DNA from: Escherichia phage EC.P3
Length of the DNA stretch: 33,378 bases
Sequence record: PQ657771.1
Strand: one strand, 5' to 3'
The translations under genes and the position numbers were made by a program. The notes below the pieces were generated by a model, which was given only the letters and a program-made list of their open reading frames with translations, did not search any database and was not told where the DNA came from. This document shows positions 1-7,932 of the stretch, piece after piece. Position 1 is the stretch's first letter; each line of letters starts with the position of its first letter.

Positions 1-347
1 ATATTAGCCGCAGTTTCTTCAAGCTCTCGCCAGCGGTCAACAAGGCGAGCGGTGAACTCTGGCGACAACTGGGCAACAACAACAATACTATCTCGCTTAC
101 CTTGTTCGCCTTCGAAGACGTAATGCTCGTACTGAACATTGAACCCTAAGTTATTGATTCTTTCGGAAACCTCAATTTGAGGAAGCCGGATAACACCATT
201 TTTAGCCAGCGTTTCGATGGTACGTTTCACATTGTCATGACGCTTACCCACCAACTCAGCGATTTCAATGCTTGTCATTTTGATGGCATTGCCATTTATT
301 AACTCATTCATCGTCTGGTATTGAAGGGTTTGGGATGGGCTAAGCAT
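1..347 (-). CDS. Rha-like regulatory protein, N-terminal part; 3' end runs off window start and is frame-continuous with 32967..33378
   Basis: ATG at 347..345 overlaps upstream stop (ATGCTTAG); translation MLSPSQTLQYQTMNELINGNAIKMTSIEIAELVGKRHDNVKRTIETL resembles Phage_pRha HTH domain; open to position 1. Confidence 0.6.
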   Translation of the reverse strand, partial: MLSPSQTLQYQTMNELINGNAIKMTSIEIAELVGKRHDNVKRTIETLAKNGVIRLPQIEVSERINNLGFNVQYEHYVFEGEQGKRDSIVVVAQLSPEFTARLVDRWRELEETAAN

Positions 348-753
348 GGCTTTCACCATTAAAAAGTCGCTTGTAAGCATCAATGTCTCGTTTTGCTTCA
401 CCAAGCTTTCGTCTTAATTCCATGTTTTCTGATTCAAGCTTTTCCATGTCTTGCTGGTATCGATCGCGGTGTTCTTTCCATGCTTTTCGATACGCCTTCA
501 TGTATGTCGTATTGGCCTTTCTCTTTGCCTGACGAACCGCATGGTGGTTTTTCACAAACCAGTCAGGGTCGTTAAATGCTGCTCTGGCGCATGTATACCA
601 ATAATTTGTTGCCTCCCTGTTTAGCCAATAAATACTGATAAATGGCAACCGGATAGACACCATTTTTCGTTGTGACTCTTTCTCGCCAAACATGTGTCCT
701 TTTTTGATGCTAAGGCCAAATCCAGGTTGAATTAAAAGCATTGTCAGCCTCAT
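340..753 (-). CDS. hypothetical protein with basic coiled-coil C-terminus
   Basis: Start moved to internal ATG at 753 preceded by AGGAGGG and ATGA-overlapping the stop of 750..1046; no recognisable family. Confidence 0.45.
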   Translation of the reverse strand: MRLTMLLIQPGFGLSIKKGHMFGEKESQRKMVSIRLPFISIYWLNREATNYWYTCARAAFNDPDWFVKNHHAVRQAKRKANTTYMKAYRKAWKEHRDRYQQDMEKLESENMELRRKLGEAKRDIDAYKRLFNGESHA

Positions 754-1046
754 GCCGCCCTCCTGACGCCCTGCCCGATCGCTATCAATGCCGCTTTGGA
801 TACGGTAGTAAACATCCGTCGAGGACTGATGAACGGTCGCCAAATCAGCAGCATGGAGCCTTTGCTGTTTCCCTTCTTCTCCAGCCCCGTCGATGGTTCG
901 ATAAAATTAATCCGTCCATCAGTGATAATGCGAACTTCGTCGACACTCTCCAGAGCCTTGCTGAACCATCCGACTGACATATCCTCTGGCACAAGCATCA
1001 CTACCGTCTGTCGCTGTTGTATGCACTGCTCAGCGGCTTTTTCCAC
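750..1046 (-). CDS. hypothetical protein
   Basis: 98-aa ORF downstream of cII in the slot where lambdoid phages normally carry replication genes; no recognisable family. Confidence 0.4.
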   Translation of the reverse strand: MEKAAEQCIQQRQTVVMLVPEDMSVGWFSKALESVDEVRIITDGRINFIEPSTGLEKKGNSKGSMLLIWRPFISPRRMFTTVSKAALIAIGQGVRRAA

Positions 1047-1277
1047 CCACGGCCTGATATTGCTGTACGGTGGGTTATTCCAGATTGCACCGTGGCTTAC
1101 CCACTCAGAATTGAGCGCGTCGTCGGCCTCAGTTAGCCAGTGAGCACACAGAGCATTTTTGTCGCTCGCTGCCGAATCCAGCCAGAATCCAAACTCAATA
1201 TCCAGTGCATCAAAAAGCCAAAGCGGCGTTTGCCAGCAGTCCTTGTCGTGTGCTGGCGTATTTGATTTGATAGTCCC

Positions 1278-1574
1278 TCAGAATTGCATATCAATTTGCT
1301 TAAAATCCTCGGTGGCGGCCGGGGATTTTTTCTTTGTGATTTCATCAAGCGCATACTTAAAAGCCCTGCTAATCGGACTGATGTCTGATGCCATTCCGAA
1401 AGCACACAAGACCGAAGCAATAAATCTCCAGTCCGTTCTGCTTATCTTCGATTCATGACAGCCAATCATCTTTGCCAGACCGCGCTGGGTAAGCGTTGAT
1501 AGGTTGATGAGTAAATCTGTTTCTGCGCGATCAACGTCACGCTGTGATAGTTTGCTGTAACTTGTTCGTTCCAT
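1278..1574 (-). CDS. cII: CII-like transcriptional activator
   Basis: Translation ends KKKSPAATEDFKQIDMQF, matching the lambda CII C-terminus KKRPAATERSEQIQMEF; correct position after cro/nutR. Confidence 0.8.
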   Translation of the reverse strand: MERTSYSKLSQRDVDRAETDLLINLSTLTQRGLAKMIGCHESKISRTDWRFIASVLCAFGMASDISPISRAFKYALDEITKKKSPAATEDFKQIDMQF

Positions 1575-1612
1575 TTCTTAAGATTTCCAATAGTGAATAG
1601 TTAGTTGAAAGG

Positions 1613-1630
1613 TATGCGTGGAAACGCATA
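1613..1630 (-). terminator. tR1-like hairpin between nutR and cII
   Basis: Perfect inverted repeat TATGCGT-GGAA-ACGCATA; weak U-tract, so probably rho-dependent or partial. Confidence 0.35.
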
Positions 1631-1659
1631 TGGCCTTAGTTGGTCAGATATCTTGGGAC

Positions 1660-1705
1660 TCGCTTTTCAGCGACGTAGGACGAATGTCCGTTGTTACAAA
1701 GAGCG
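1660..1705 (-). promoter_or_regulatory. nutR (boxA 1691..1705, boxB 1660..1673)
   Basis: Minus-strand CGCTCTTTGTAACAA (boxA-like) followed by hairpin TCGCT-GAAA-AGCGA (boxB-like), immediately after the cro stop; mirrors nutL. Confidence 0.6.
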
Positions 1706-1715
1706 GCTCCGCTTA

Positions 1716-1931
1716 TTAAGCGGCTTTGTGTTCCGGCGGGAACACGTCATCAAGACTTACTTTTGCGCCTAACTTATTTAGGCACGCAACAAGAGCACGG
1801 CATGTTTTAAGGTCTGGGAAGCGACGACCAGATTCCCAATGTCCGATAGCTCCCTGTGTGCATCCAACTGCCTTAGCAAGTGTTGTTTGAGAGATATTCA
1901 GTGACTCTCGATATTTTCGTAGGTTGCTCAT
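1716..1931 (-). CDS. cro: Cro-like HTH repressor
   Basis: Start moved to ATG 1931 (MSNLRKYRESLNISQTTLAKAVGCTQGAIGHWESGRR) preceded by GGAGGG; XRE-type HTH; divergent from CI-like gene. Confidence 0.7.
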   Translation of the reverse strand: MSNLRKYRESLNISQTTLAKAVGCTQGAIGHWESGRRFPDLKTCRALVACLNKLGAKVSLDDVFPPEHKAA

Positions 1932-2047
1932 ATGCCCTCCATAGTAACCTCGAATAAAAAATACAATATGTACTTTCCAAATACAAGCAAAAATACACAT
2001 TGTGCATGGATGGTTCCAGTACAGAGCGTAATAATAAGGACATGAAA
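1932..2047. promoter_or_regulatory. oR-like divergent promoter/operator region (pR and pRM equivalents)
   Basis: 116-bp AT-rich spacer between divergent cro and CI-like genes; contains CAATATGTACT, a motif recurring at pL, and repeated AATACA units. Confidence 0.5.
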
Positions 2048-2338
2048 ATGAAATGGTATGAACTGGCTAGATCCAGAATGAAAGAGCTCGGCATAACTCA
2101 AGAGAAGTTAGCCGAAGAGCTAGGTATGACGCAGGGTGGGATTGGACACTGGTTGCGCGGATCTCGTCATCCATCTCTTAGTGATATTGGTGTGGTGTTT
2201 AAATACCTTGGTATTGATAACATATCATTCAACCACGACGGGACATTTTCACCTGTTGGCGAATACTCATCGGCCCCAGTTAAAAAACAAGTGATAGGAA
2301 GTAAGTTTTATGTTGACGGCACAGTCAACTTGGCATAG
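2048..2338 (+). CDS. CI-like HTH repressor, short form without LexA/S24 autocleavage domain
   Basis: Start at ATG 2048 (AAGGA 7 nt upstream); MKWYELARSRMKELGITQEKLAEELGMTQGGIGHWLRG is an XRE HTH; about 97 aa, too short for a C-terminal peptidase domain. Confidence 0.6.
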   Translation: MKWYELARSRMKELGITQEKLAEELGMTQGGIGHWLRGSRHPSLSDIGVVFKYLGIDNISFNHDGTFSPVGEYSSAPVKKQVIGSKFYVDGTVNLA

Positions 2339-2351
2339 ATTAATTAAACCA

Positions 2352-2412
2352 AGCCCAGCCCCGTTCGCAGACAATTGTTAATATCTGCATAACGGCTCTG
2401 GGCTATTTTTTT
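2352..2412 (+). terminator. long-range stem-loop plus U-tract between repressor and NYN gene (possible attenuator)
   Basis: AGCCCAG (2352..2358) pairs with CTGGGCT (2398..2404), enclosing an inner GCAGA/TCTGC hairpin, followed by ATTTTTTT. Confidence 0.4.
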
Positions 2413-2421
2413 GGGACTCTT

Positions 2422-3279
2422 ATGAAGAAAGCAGCAATTTTAATTGATGCGGGTTTTTTCATGCAGCGTGTTCATGCTACGCATCGTAAACACTTCGCCG
2501 AGCATGAACTGACTGCGCAATGCATAATGAAAGTAATATGGTCAATGGTTCTTTCCCATCTTAATGGAAAACGTCAATCACAAGAACGTAGGGAACCGCT
2601 TGAGCTTTATAGAATTTACTTCTATGACTGTCCACCACTCGACATTCAAACACGCCTTCCACTTCCTGAGCCTGGCAATAAGACGCCTGGTCGCAAGAAT
2701 TTCAAACTCGAAAAATCATATATTCTGAGAACGGAGCTGCATGAAGAGTTAAGAAAAACTCGAAAAACAGCCTTAAGATTAGGGAATCTTGTTGATAATA
2801 AGCGATGGCAACTAACTACATTCTCCCTTGATGCTCTGATGAAAGGAACGAAAAAATGGGATGAACTGACAAATGATGATTTTTACTATGACATCAAACA
2901 AAAACAAGTTGATATCAAGCTAGGGATGGATATCACGACTTTAGCTTATGAAAAACTTGTTGATGTAATTGTCCTTGTTGCTGGGGACTCAGACTTTGTG
3001 CCTGCCGCCAAACACGCCAGAATTAAAGGTATTGATTTTATTCTTGATCCACTAAGACAGAATGTTACCCCATCACTGTCAGAGCACATTGATGGAGTTC
3101 AGTCATACAGCTTGATATCAGGACTTGCCGATGCTTTACATGTTGAGCCAGACCCGGCACCTGACTGGTGGGAAGATCGAAAAAAAGGCAAGCCTAGAGG
3201 AAAAAACAATAGCGGTAAACGCAGGTATGGAAACACTCAAGCTGAGTCTGCAAAGAAACATCAAAGAAATAAACGATAA
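2422..3279 (+). CDS. NYN-domain (PIN-like) putative nuclease with Lys/Arg-rich C-terminal tail
   Basis: N-terminal AILIDAGFF and later VLVAGDSDFVPAAKHARIKGIDF are NYN/LabA hallmarks with conserved acidic residues; C-terminus KKGKPRGKNNSGKRRYGNTQAESAKKHQRNKR; in the cI-to-N interval. Confidence 0.75.
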   Translation: MKKAAILIDAGFFMQRVHATHRKHFAEHELTAQCIMKVIWSMVLSHLNGKRQSQERREPLELYRIYFYDCPPLDIQTRLPLPEPGNKTPGRKNFKLEKSYILRTELHEELRKTRKTALRLGNLVDNKRWQLTTFSLDALMKGTKKWDELTNDDFYYDIKQKQVDIKLGMDITTLAYEKLVDVIVLVAGDSDFVPAAKHARIKGIDFILDPLRQNVTPSLSEHIDGVQSYSLISGLADALHVEPDPAPDWWEDRKKGKPRGKNNSGKRRYGNTQAESAKKHQRNKR

Positions 3280-3288
3280 TCCCATCAA

Positions 3289-3314
3289 CCCGGCCACCGA
3301 GCCGGGTTTTCTTT
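3289..3314 (+). terminator. rho-independent terminator after NYN gene
   Basis: CCCGGC-CACCGA-GCCGGG followed by TTTTCTTT, 10 nt after the stop. Confidence 0.7.
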
Positions 3315-3447
3315 GCCTCACGCCCCCACCTAAAGCACGCAATTCTGATCTCTCCTTACATCGCCGAGGCGATACACCCACGCTAAAAAACAACACTATT
3401 AAATACAAAGCGTTATAAAAAATCACCCCATTTTAGAACAAATTGTA

Positions 3448-3476
3448 TTGACCCAATAAAGTACATATCGTACTAT
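3448..3476 (+). promoter_or_regulatory. pL-like promoter overlapping operator-like inverted repeat
   Basis: TTGACC, 17-nt spacer, TACTAT; inverted repeat AGTAC-ATATC-GTACT overlaps the -10. Confidence 0.5.
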
Positions 3477-3522
3477 TTAACCGTCAGCAGGACGCTGTAA
3501 GCCAAACGGAGCAGACTGGCAG

Positions 3523-3568
3523 GCTCTTTAAACAACGTCGAACACTCGACTACGTGGCTGAAAAGCCA
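3523..3568 (+). promoter_or_regulatory. nutL (boxA 3523..3535, boxB 3555..3568)
   Basis: GCTCTTTAAACAA (boxA-like) then TGGCT-GAAA-AGCCA hairpin with GNRA-type loop, about 100 nt upstream of N. Confidence 0.65.
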
Positions 3569-3666
3569 GATCACCCAACCATATAAGCTGTGGGATGCAA
3601 TGCCGAAGCAACCGTCTCAGGAGGAGCTTCGAGATTGCATCGCCAAAGTTTATTCGGGAGGAATCT

Positions 3667-3939
3667 ATGTCCAGAAAAACAGAATTTAAAGGCACCGCAG
3701 CTTCTCGCCGTAGAGCTCGTCGTGCAAACCTGCAAAGTCAGGAGGCGATCAGCTCTGACAAGCTACACAGGCCAACCCCTTCACGAGTGGTCTTACAATG
3801 CAAACGCAAACCAGTAATGAGAGCAGAAGTAATAACACTGACAACGTTGACCAGAAAATATGAAGGCTCAACTTGTCTTCCAAATGTAGCCATTTACGCG
3901 GCAGGCTACAGGAAATCCAAACAGCTGACAGCAAGATGA
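3667..3939 (+). CDS. N: N-type transcription antiterminator
   Basis: Start at ATG 3667 after GGGAGGA; arginine-rich motif TAASRRRARRANLQ; C-terminus LPNVAIYAAGYRKSKQLTAR matches the P22 gp24 C-terminus as recalled. Confidence 0.85.
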   Translation: MSRKTEFKGTAASRRRARRANLQSQEAISSDKLHRPTPSRVVLQCKRKPVMRAEVITLTTLTRKYEGSTCLPNVAIYAAGYRKSKQLTAR

Positions 3940-4033
3940 CTTGTGTTGGTCGCCAGAAAATGAAATTAGGCAGCAAACCACTTATTTGGGATGTGGGGGC
4001 CTTTTTATATCAATCAAACAGAAGGAGCATCCT

Positions 4034-4204
4034 ATGCAACAGTTCGCTATTGCAGGGGCGGCATCGGTTCGCCCTTTCAACCCGATTTTATCGGTACAGC
4101 ATTCACGAAAAAATATTTTAACCGGAGCAGACTTTAAACAACCAAGAATGAAAAGTTTGCTCGAAAAGCTTTGGGATATTTTGAAACAACAAGGCCGTCC
4201 ATGA
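4034..4204 (+). CDS. hypothetical small early protein
   Basis: ATG 4034 with AGGAG 6 nt upstream; 56 aa; first gene after N. Confidence 0.4.
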   Translation: MQQFAIAGAASVRPFNPILSVQHSRKNILTGADFKQPRMKSLLEKLWDILKQQGRP

Positions 4205-4285
4205 GTTTTACGGATAACTGGTCAGACGAAGAATTCATTCGTCAGATGAACAAAATGCTCAATCAGCACAAAGAACAGGAGAAAG

Positions 4286-4597
4286 ATGATGATTCTGACT
4301 CTGAATGATAAGCGTGAAATATCGCAAATAATCGCAAGTTTTACTGATGAAGATTACGAACGAATCAACAGTGAAGTTGATCGCCTCTGCAAACGTTGCG
4401 ACCCAATAAGCGAAATGCTTCGCTCATATAAACCAGATGAACACACTAAGGACGCTATCGACTGGCTGGAAGATGATGACTGTAACTATCAGGAAAAAGC
4501 CGCTGAATGGTTCTGGGATGCAATAACCGAAAGAGTTAAGGCTGAATATGCCTTCGCAATATTCAAGCGCAGACACATTTTTGGAGAAGCAGCATGA
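4286..4597 (+). CDS. hypothetical acidic protein
   Basis: GGAG-type RBS; stop overlaps recT start (ATGA). Confidence 0.5.
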   Translation: MMILTLNDKREISQIIASFTDEDYERINSEVDRLCKRCDPISEMLRSYKPDEHTKDAIDWLEDDDCNYQEKAAEWFWDAITERVKAEYAFAIFKRRHIFGEAA

Positions 4598-5496
4598 GCA
4601 ATATCGTTGAATTCGTTAAACAGCAGGAGCAGTTATTCTGCGGAGCATTGACTGAACAGACGGTGACATGGGCTAAGGAAAGCCAGTTTGCAATTCAGTA
4701 TTTCCAGAAAAACGATTACCTGGCTAAAACGGCACTGGCAAATCCAACCAGCGCACAGAACGCCATCATCAATGTTGCGGCGATCGGCATCACCTTAAAC
4801 CCGGCCAGCAAACTTGCTTATCTAGTTCCGCGCGACGGCATGGTTTGCCTTGATATCAGCTATATGGGATTACTTCATCTTGCGCAATCGACAGGCTCAA
4901 TTAAGTGGGGGCAATGCAAACTGGTGTACTCAAACGACACCTATGAATCAAATGGCCTTGATTCAGCACCAACTCACAAATACAACGCATTTGGAGAGCG
5001 AGGCTCTATTGTTGGTGGTTATTGCACGGTAAAAACAGCAGATGGTGACTACCTGACTGAAGAAATGAGTCTGGCAGAAATTAAAGCAGTGGAAGCAACG
5101 AGCAAGGCAAAGAATGGACCGTGGAAAACATTCTGGGAAGAGATGGCGCGTAAAACAATAGTTAAACGCGCCAGCAAATACTGGCCTAAAGCCCAGCGAC
5201 TGGATAATGCCATTCACCTGCTTAACGAAGATGAAGGTATGCATCAGGAACCAGTTATGCCGCACAAATCAGAGGAAGATATCCGCGAAGATGAACGGAA
5301 ACTCCAGCAGGAAATAATGGATAAAGCACAACTTCTTTGCGATGAAATGGCTCAGGCAGAAAACATGGATGATTTGAAGCGATATTTTGCAGAAGCATAT
5401 CGCCTGACATCTGGAATGAAATTGCAGCAGAACGTACAAGCCATTTACATAGAATGCAAAGCGAAACTGGAGGTTGCCAGTGAGCAAACTGTATGA
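4594..5496 (+). CDS. recT: RecT-family single-strand annealing recombinase
   Basis: 300-aa translation with RecT-like core (NGPWKTFWEEMARKTIVKRASKYWPK). Confidence 0.85.
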   Translation: MSNIVEFVKQQEQLFCGALTEQTVTWAKESQFAIQYFQKNDYLAKTALANPTSAQNAIINVAAIGITLNPASKLAYLVPRDGMVCLDISYMGLLHLAQSTGSIKWGQCKLVYSNDTYESNGLDSAPTHKYNAFGERGSIVGGYCTVKTADGDYLTEEMSLAEIKAVEATSKAKNGPWKTFWEEMARKTIVKRASKYWPKAQRLDNAIHLLNEDEGMHQEPVMPHKSEEDIREDERKLQQEIMDKAQLLCDEMAQAENMDDLKRYFAEAYRLTSGMKLQQNVQAIYIECKAKLEVASEQTV

Positions 5497-5962
5497 AATA
5501 GCCAATGAATACGCAAAGCTGATGGATTCAGATTTAGAGCCAGAGATGATTGCTGACACAATAGAAGGCATGGAAGGAGAATTTACCGATAAAATAGAGC
5601 AACTTCTTGCCATTATTAAAAATGAATCTGGTTATGCTGAACGCCTCAAGGACGAGGCAAAGTCGCTGAATGAGCGAGCCGCAGTAATTCAAAATAAGAT
5701 TGACAGCATCAAATCATATATAGCGTCATCGCTTGAAATGGTTGGCAAGAAAAATATTCGAGCAGGTATTCACCAGGTAACAATCCGCAAACCGTCAGAA
5801 ATTGTAGAAATCATCGACTCAAGCGCCATTCCTCCTGAATACGTTGAGTTTGAAACGACAATTAAAGCCGACAAACTGGCAATCAAACACCAACTAAAAG
5901 CAGGAATAAATATCCCCGGCGCTCAACTCAAAGTTGGGAAACCTTCACTTCTTATCAAATAA
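5474..5962 (+). CDS. Gp157-like protein
   Basis: 162-aa coiled-coil protein directly after and overlapping recT, the usual position of Sipho_Gp157-family genes; family assignment from memory. Confidence 0.5.
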   Translation: MPVSKLYEIANEYAKLMDSDLEPEMIADTIEGMEGEFTDKIEQLLAIIKNESGYAERLKDEAKSLNERAAVIQNKIDSIKSYIASSLEMVGKKNIRAGIHQVTIRKPSEIVEIIDSSAIPPEYVEFETTIKADKLAIKHQLKAGINIPGAQLKVGKPSLLIK

Positions 5963-5973
5963 CGGTATCGACT

Positions 5974-6204
5974 ATGAAAAAGACTCCATGGGAGAAATGG
6001 GAAGTCGATTTCTTGCGCGAAGTAGCGGCGACAATGCCAGTTGAAGTTATCGCTGAAAAACTGGAAAGGACTGAAAAAGCAGTAATGGCGAAAGCAACAA
6101 GGATTGGCGCTGACATTGTTAGCCGACTTCGTGGAAGACGCTGGACAAGAGCCGAAGTATCACTTTTCGGTAAGTTCTCCGCAGAAGAAAGTGAACAAGA
6201 TTGA
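5974..6204 (+). CDS. hypothetical protein
   Basis: 76-aa ORF with plausible RBS; no recognised family. Confidence 0.4.
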   Translation: MKKTPWEKWEVDFLREVAATMPVEVIAEKLERTEKAVMAKATRIGADIVSRLRGRRWTRAEVSLFGKFSAEESEQD

Positions 6205-6598
6205 CTATCAGGCACTGCGTGAAAAGGCAGAGAAAGCCGGTGAAGATAAGTGGCAGGCTAAAAAAATAAATGGTGATTTTTTCGTTATTCGTCACGGTAG
6301 CTATACAAGACAGCATGGCTACACATCGTATCAACCCATTGCGGAGATTGATTGTAAGCCAGTCCGGGATTTTGTTGCCAAGGCTAATCCGGCTACCGTG
6401 CTGGAATTACTGGATGAACTGGAAGCAGCAAAAAAGCGCATTGCAGTATGGCTATTGCCGCAAGTTACACCATGCATCTCTACTGTGATTGTCGCCAGTG
6501 TACAAATGGTAAATATCAAACGCCAGACTTCGGTGAATATATCGGTACGTCATGGGCTGGCTGTGCAAAAGAGGCGCGCAAGGATGGCTGGCGAATAA
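6191..6598 (+). CDS. Ead/Ea22-like protein
   Basis: GTG start assumed at 6191; motif NPATVLELLDELEAAKKRIA typical of Ead/Ea22-like proteins; 3' part overlaps ORF 6448..6657 in another frame. Confidence 0.5.
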   Translation: MNKIDYQALREKAEKAGEDKWQAKKINGDFFVIRHGSYTRQHGYTSYQPIAEIDCKPVRDFVAKANPATVLELLDELEAAKKRIAVWLLPQVTPCISTVIVASVQMVNIKRQTSVNISVRHGLAVQKRRARMAGE

Positions 6599-6657
6599 GC
6601 AAAGACAAAACGCGTGCTTTTGCGCCCGGGCATAAAGTTTTGAGGATTAACAAATGA
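6448..6657 (+). CDS. small Cys-rich protein; may be frameshifted C-terminus of the Ea22-like gene
   Basis: MHLYCDCRQCTNGKYQ; overlaps previous ORF by about 150 nt; stop overlaps next start (ATGA). Confidence 0.35.
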   Translation: MAIAASYTMHLYCDCRQCTNGKYQTPDFGEYIGTSWAGCAKEARKDGWRISKDKTRAFAPGHKVLRINK

Positions 6658-7115
6658 CCACTATTACCAAAGAGCGACTGCTGACAATCAAGCAGTGGCG
6701 CGAAACATACGGACCTGGTAGCAACGTTGTACTGCCAGCAGAAGAAGCGGAAGAACTGGCACGAATTGCTCTGGAATCGCTGGAAGCAGAGGCAGTTATG
6801 TTCTGTATATCAGGACAAAATGTAGATTCAGAAGAACATGTATCAACCAGCAAAGCGGTTGTTGATGCCTGGGTTGAAGAATGGAATCAGGTTGACGGAA
6901 GTCCTGGCGAACCACTGTACAAAACTATGCCACTCTACTATCACGCTGCCTTGCCAGCGCCGGTAGTGCCGGAAGAAGCAACTCCGGAAAACGTAGAAAT
7001 GCTCTCTGGCTATGTTTCCACGTACAAATTAACCGATAGCGAGCGCGATATTGCTGCCGAAATATGGAACGCCTGCCGCGCCGCCATGCTAAACAAGGAG
7101 GAGAACAATGGATAA
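6654..7115 (+). CDS. hypothetical acidic protein
   Basis: 153 aa; translationally coupled at both ends. Confidence 0.5.
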   Translation: MTTITKERLLTIKQWRETYGPGSNVVLPAEEAEELARIALESLEAEAVMFCISGQNVDSEEHVSTSKAVVDAWVEEWNQVDGSPGEPLYKTMPLYYHAALPAPVVPEEATPENVEMLSGYVSTYKLTDSERDIAAEIWNACRAAMLNKEENNG

Positions 7116-7806
7116 TCGATATGAAATAGCAGAACAAAATGGCATGAGCCTAGAGTTCGCTGACTGGTTCTTTGATAACAAAAAAGATGGCTGTGGAAAC
7201 GCTTGGTTCGTGATGATGGCTGCCATGTGGGAAGGCTGGAAAGGCCGGGCAGAACCGCCATTTCCGGAAATACAGGCTGATGTCGCGCAAGCAATTGAAA
7301 ATCTCAAGCAGAAGTTAGTGGAATGCAATCGCTATAACTACTGCGCAGATGCAGTAAAGGGCGTAGAGGATGCCTGCCACGCTGCCATGCTTCAGGGTAG
7401 CCAACCTGTAAGCCAAACTTACAAGTTGCCAGTTAATACACCTTGCCAAGATGCGCCAGCCCATATCTGGCTGCAAACAGCTGGAGTATGGCCAGAAGAT
7501 GGCGAGTTAAGCGAATTAACGTGGTGCAGCCACAATCAGCACCATGATGACACGCTATATGTTCGAGCTGACTTGGTAAATGGCAATTCTCCGGTAACTC
7601 CGGATGGCTGGATAAGCTGTAGTGAGCGAATGCCGGAGAAATACGATTTCGATATCTGGGTATTCTCTCCATCCAGAGGCGTTATTGACGGGCTACAGTG
7701 GGATGGCTCGATGTTTACTGATGATGAATATCAGTTCGTTATTCATGACGCCACGCATTGGATGAGAAAAGCATATCCAGCAGAACCGCAGCAGGATGGT
7801 GAATGA
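7108..7806 (+). CDS. DUF551-like domain protein
   Basis: C-terminal WISCSERMPEKYDFDIWVF resembles DUF551, common in enterobacterial prophage early regions. Confidence 0.55.
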   Translation: MDNRYEIAEQNGMSLEFADWFFDNKKDGCGNAWFVMMAAMWEGWKGRAEPPFPEIQADVAQAIENLKQKLVECNRYNYCADAVKGVEDACHAAMLQGSQPVSQTYKLPVNTPCQDAPAHIWLQTAGVWPEDGELSELTWCSHNQHHDDTLYVRADLVNGNSPVTPDGWISCSERMPEKYDFDIWVFSPSRGVIDGLQWDGSMFTDDEYQFVIHDATHWMRKAYPAEPQQDGE

Positions 7807-7932
7807 TGCCGCCAGTTAAAGTTGTGATTATCACTTTGGTGATGATAGTGATTGCGAGAATCATGTCTGGTGAAGTTTGGTGGATATGGTAATGGCTAAG
7901 GCAGCAGCAGAGCGCAACATTGGAGACAAGAA

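Noticed and set aside
1133-1420. 95-aa minus-strand ORF overlapping cII
   Set aside because: Out of frame with the well-supported cII gene across most of its length; no RBS; probably spurious.
2000-2047. Longer TTG-initiated N-terminus of the repressor ORF (MCMDGSS...)
   Set aside because: Would start inside the operator/promoter spacer with no RBS; the ATG at 2048 has an AAGGA at good spacing.
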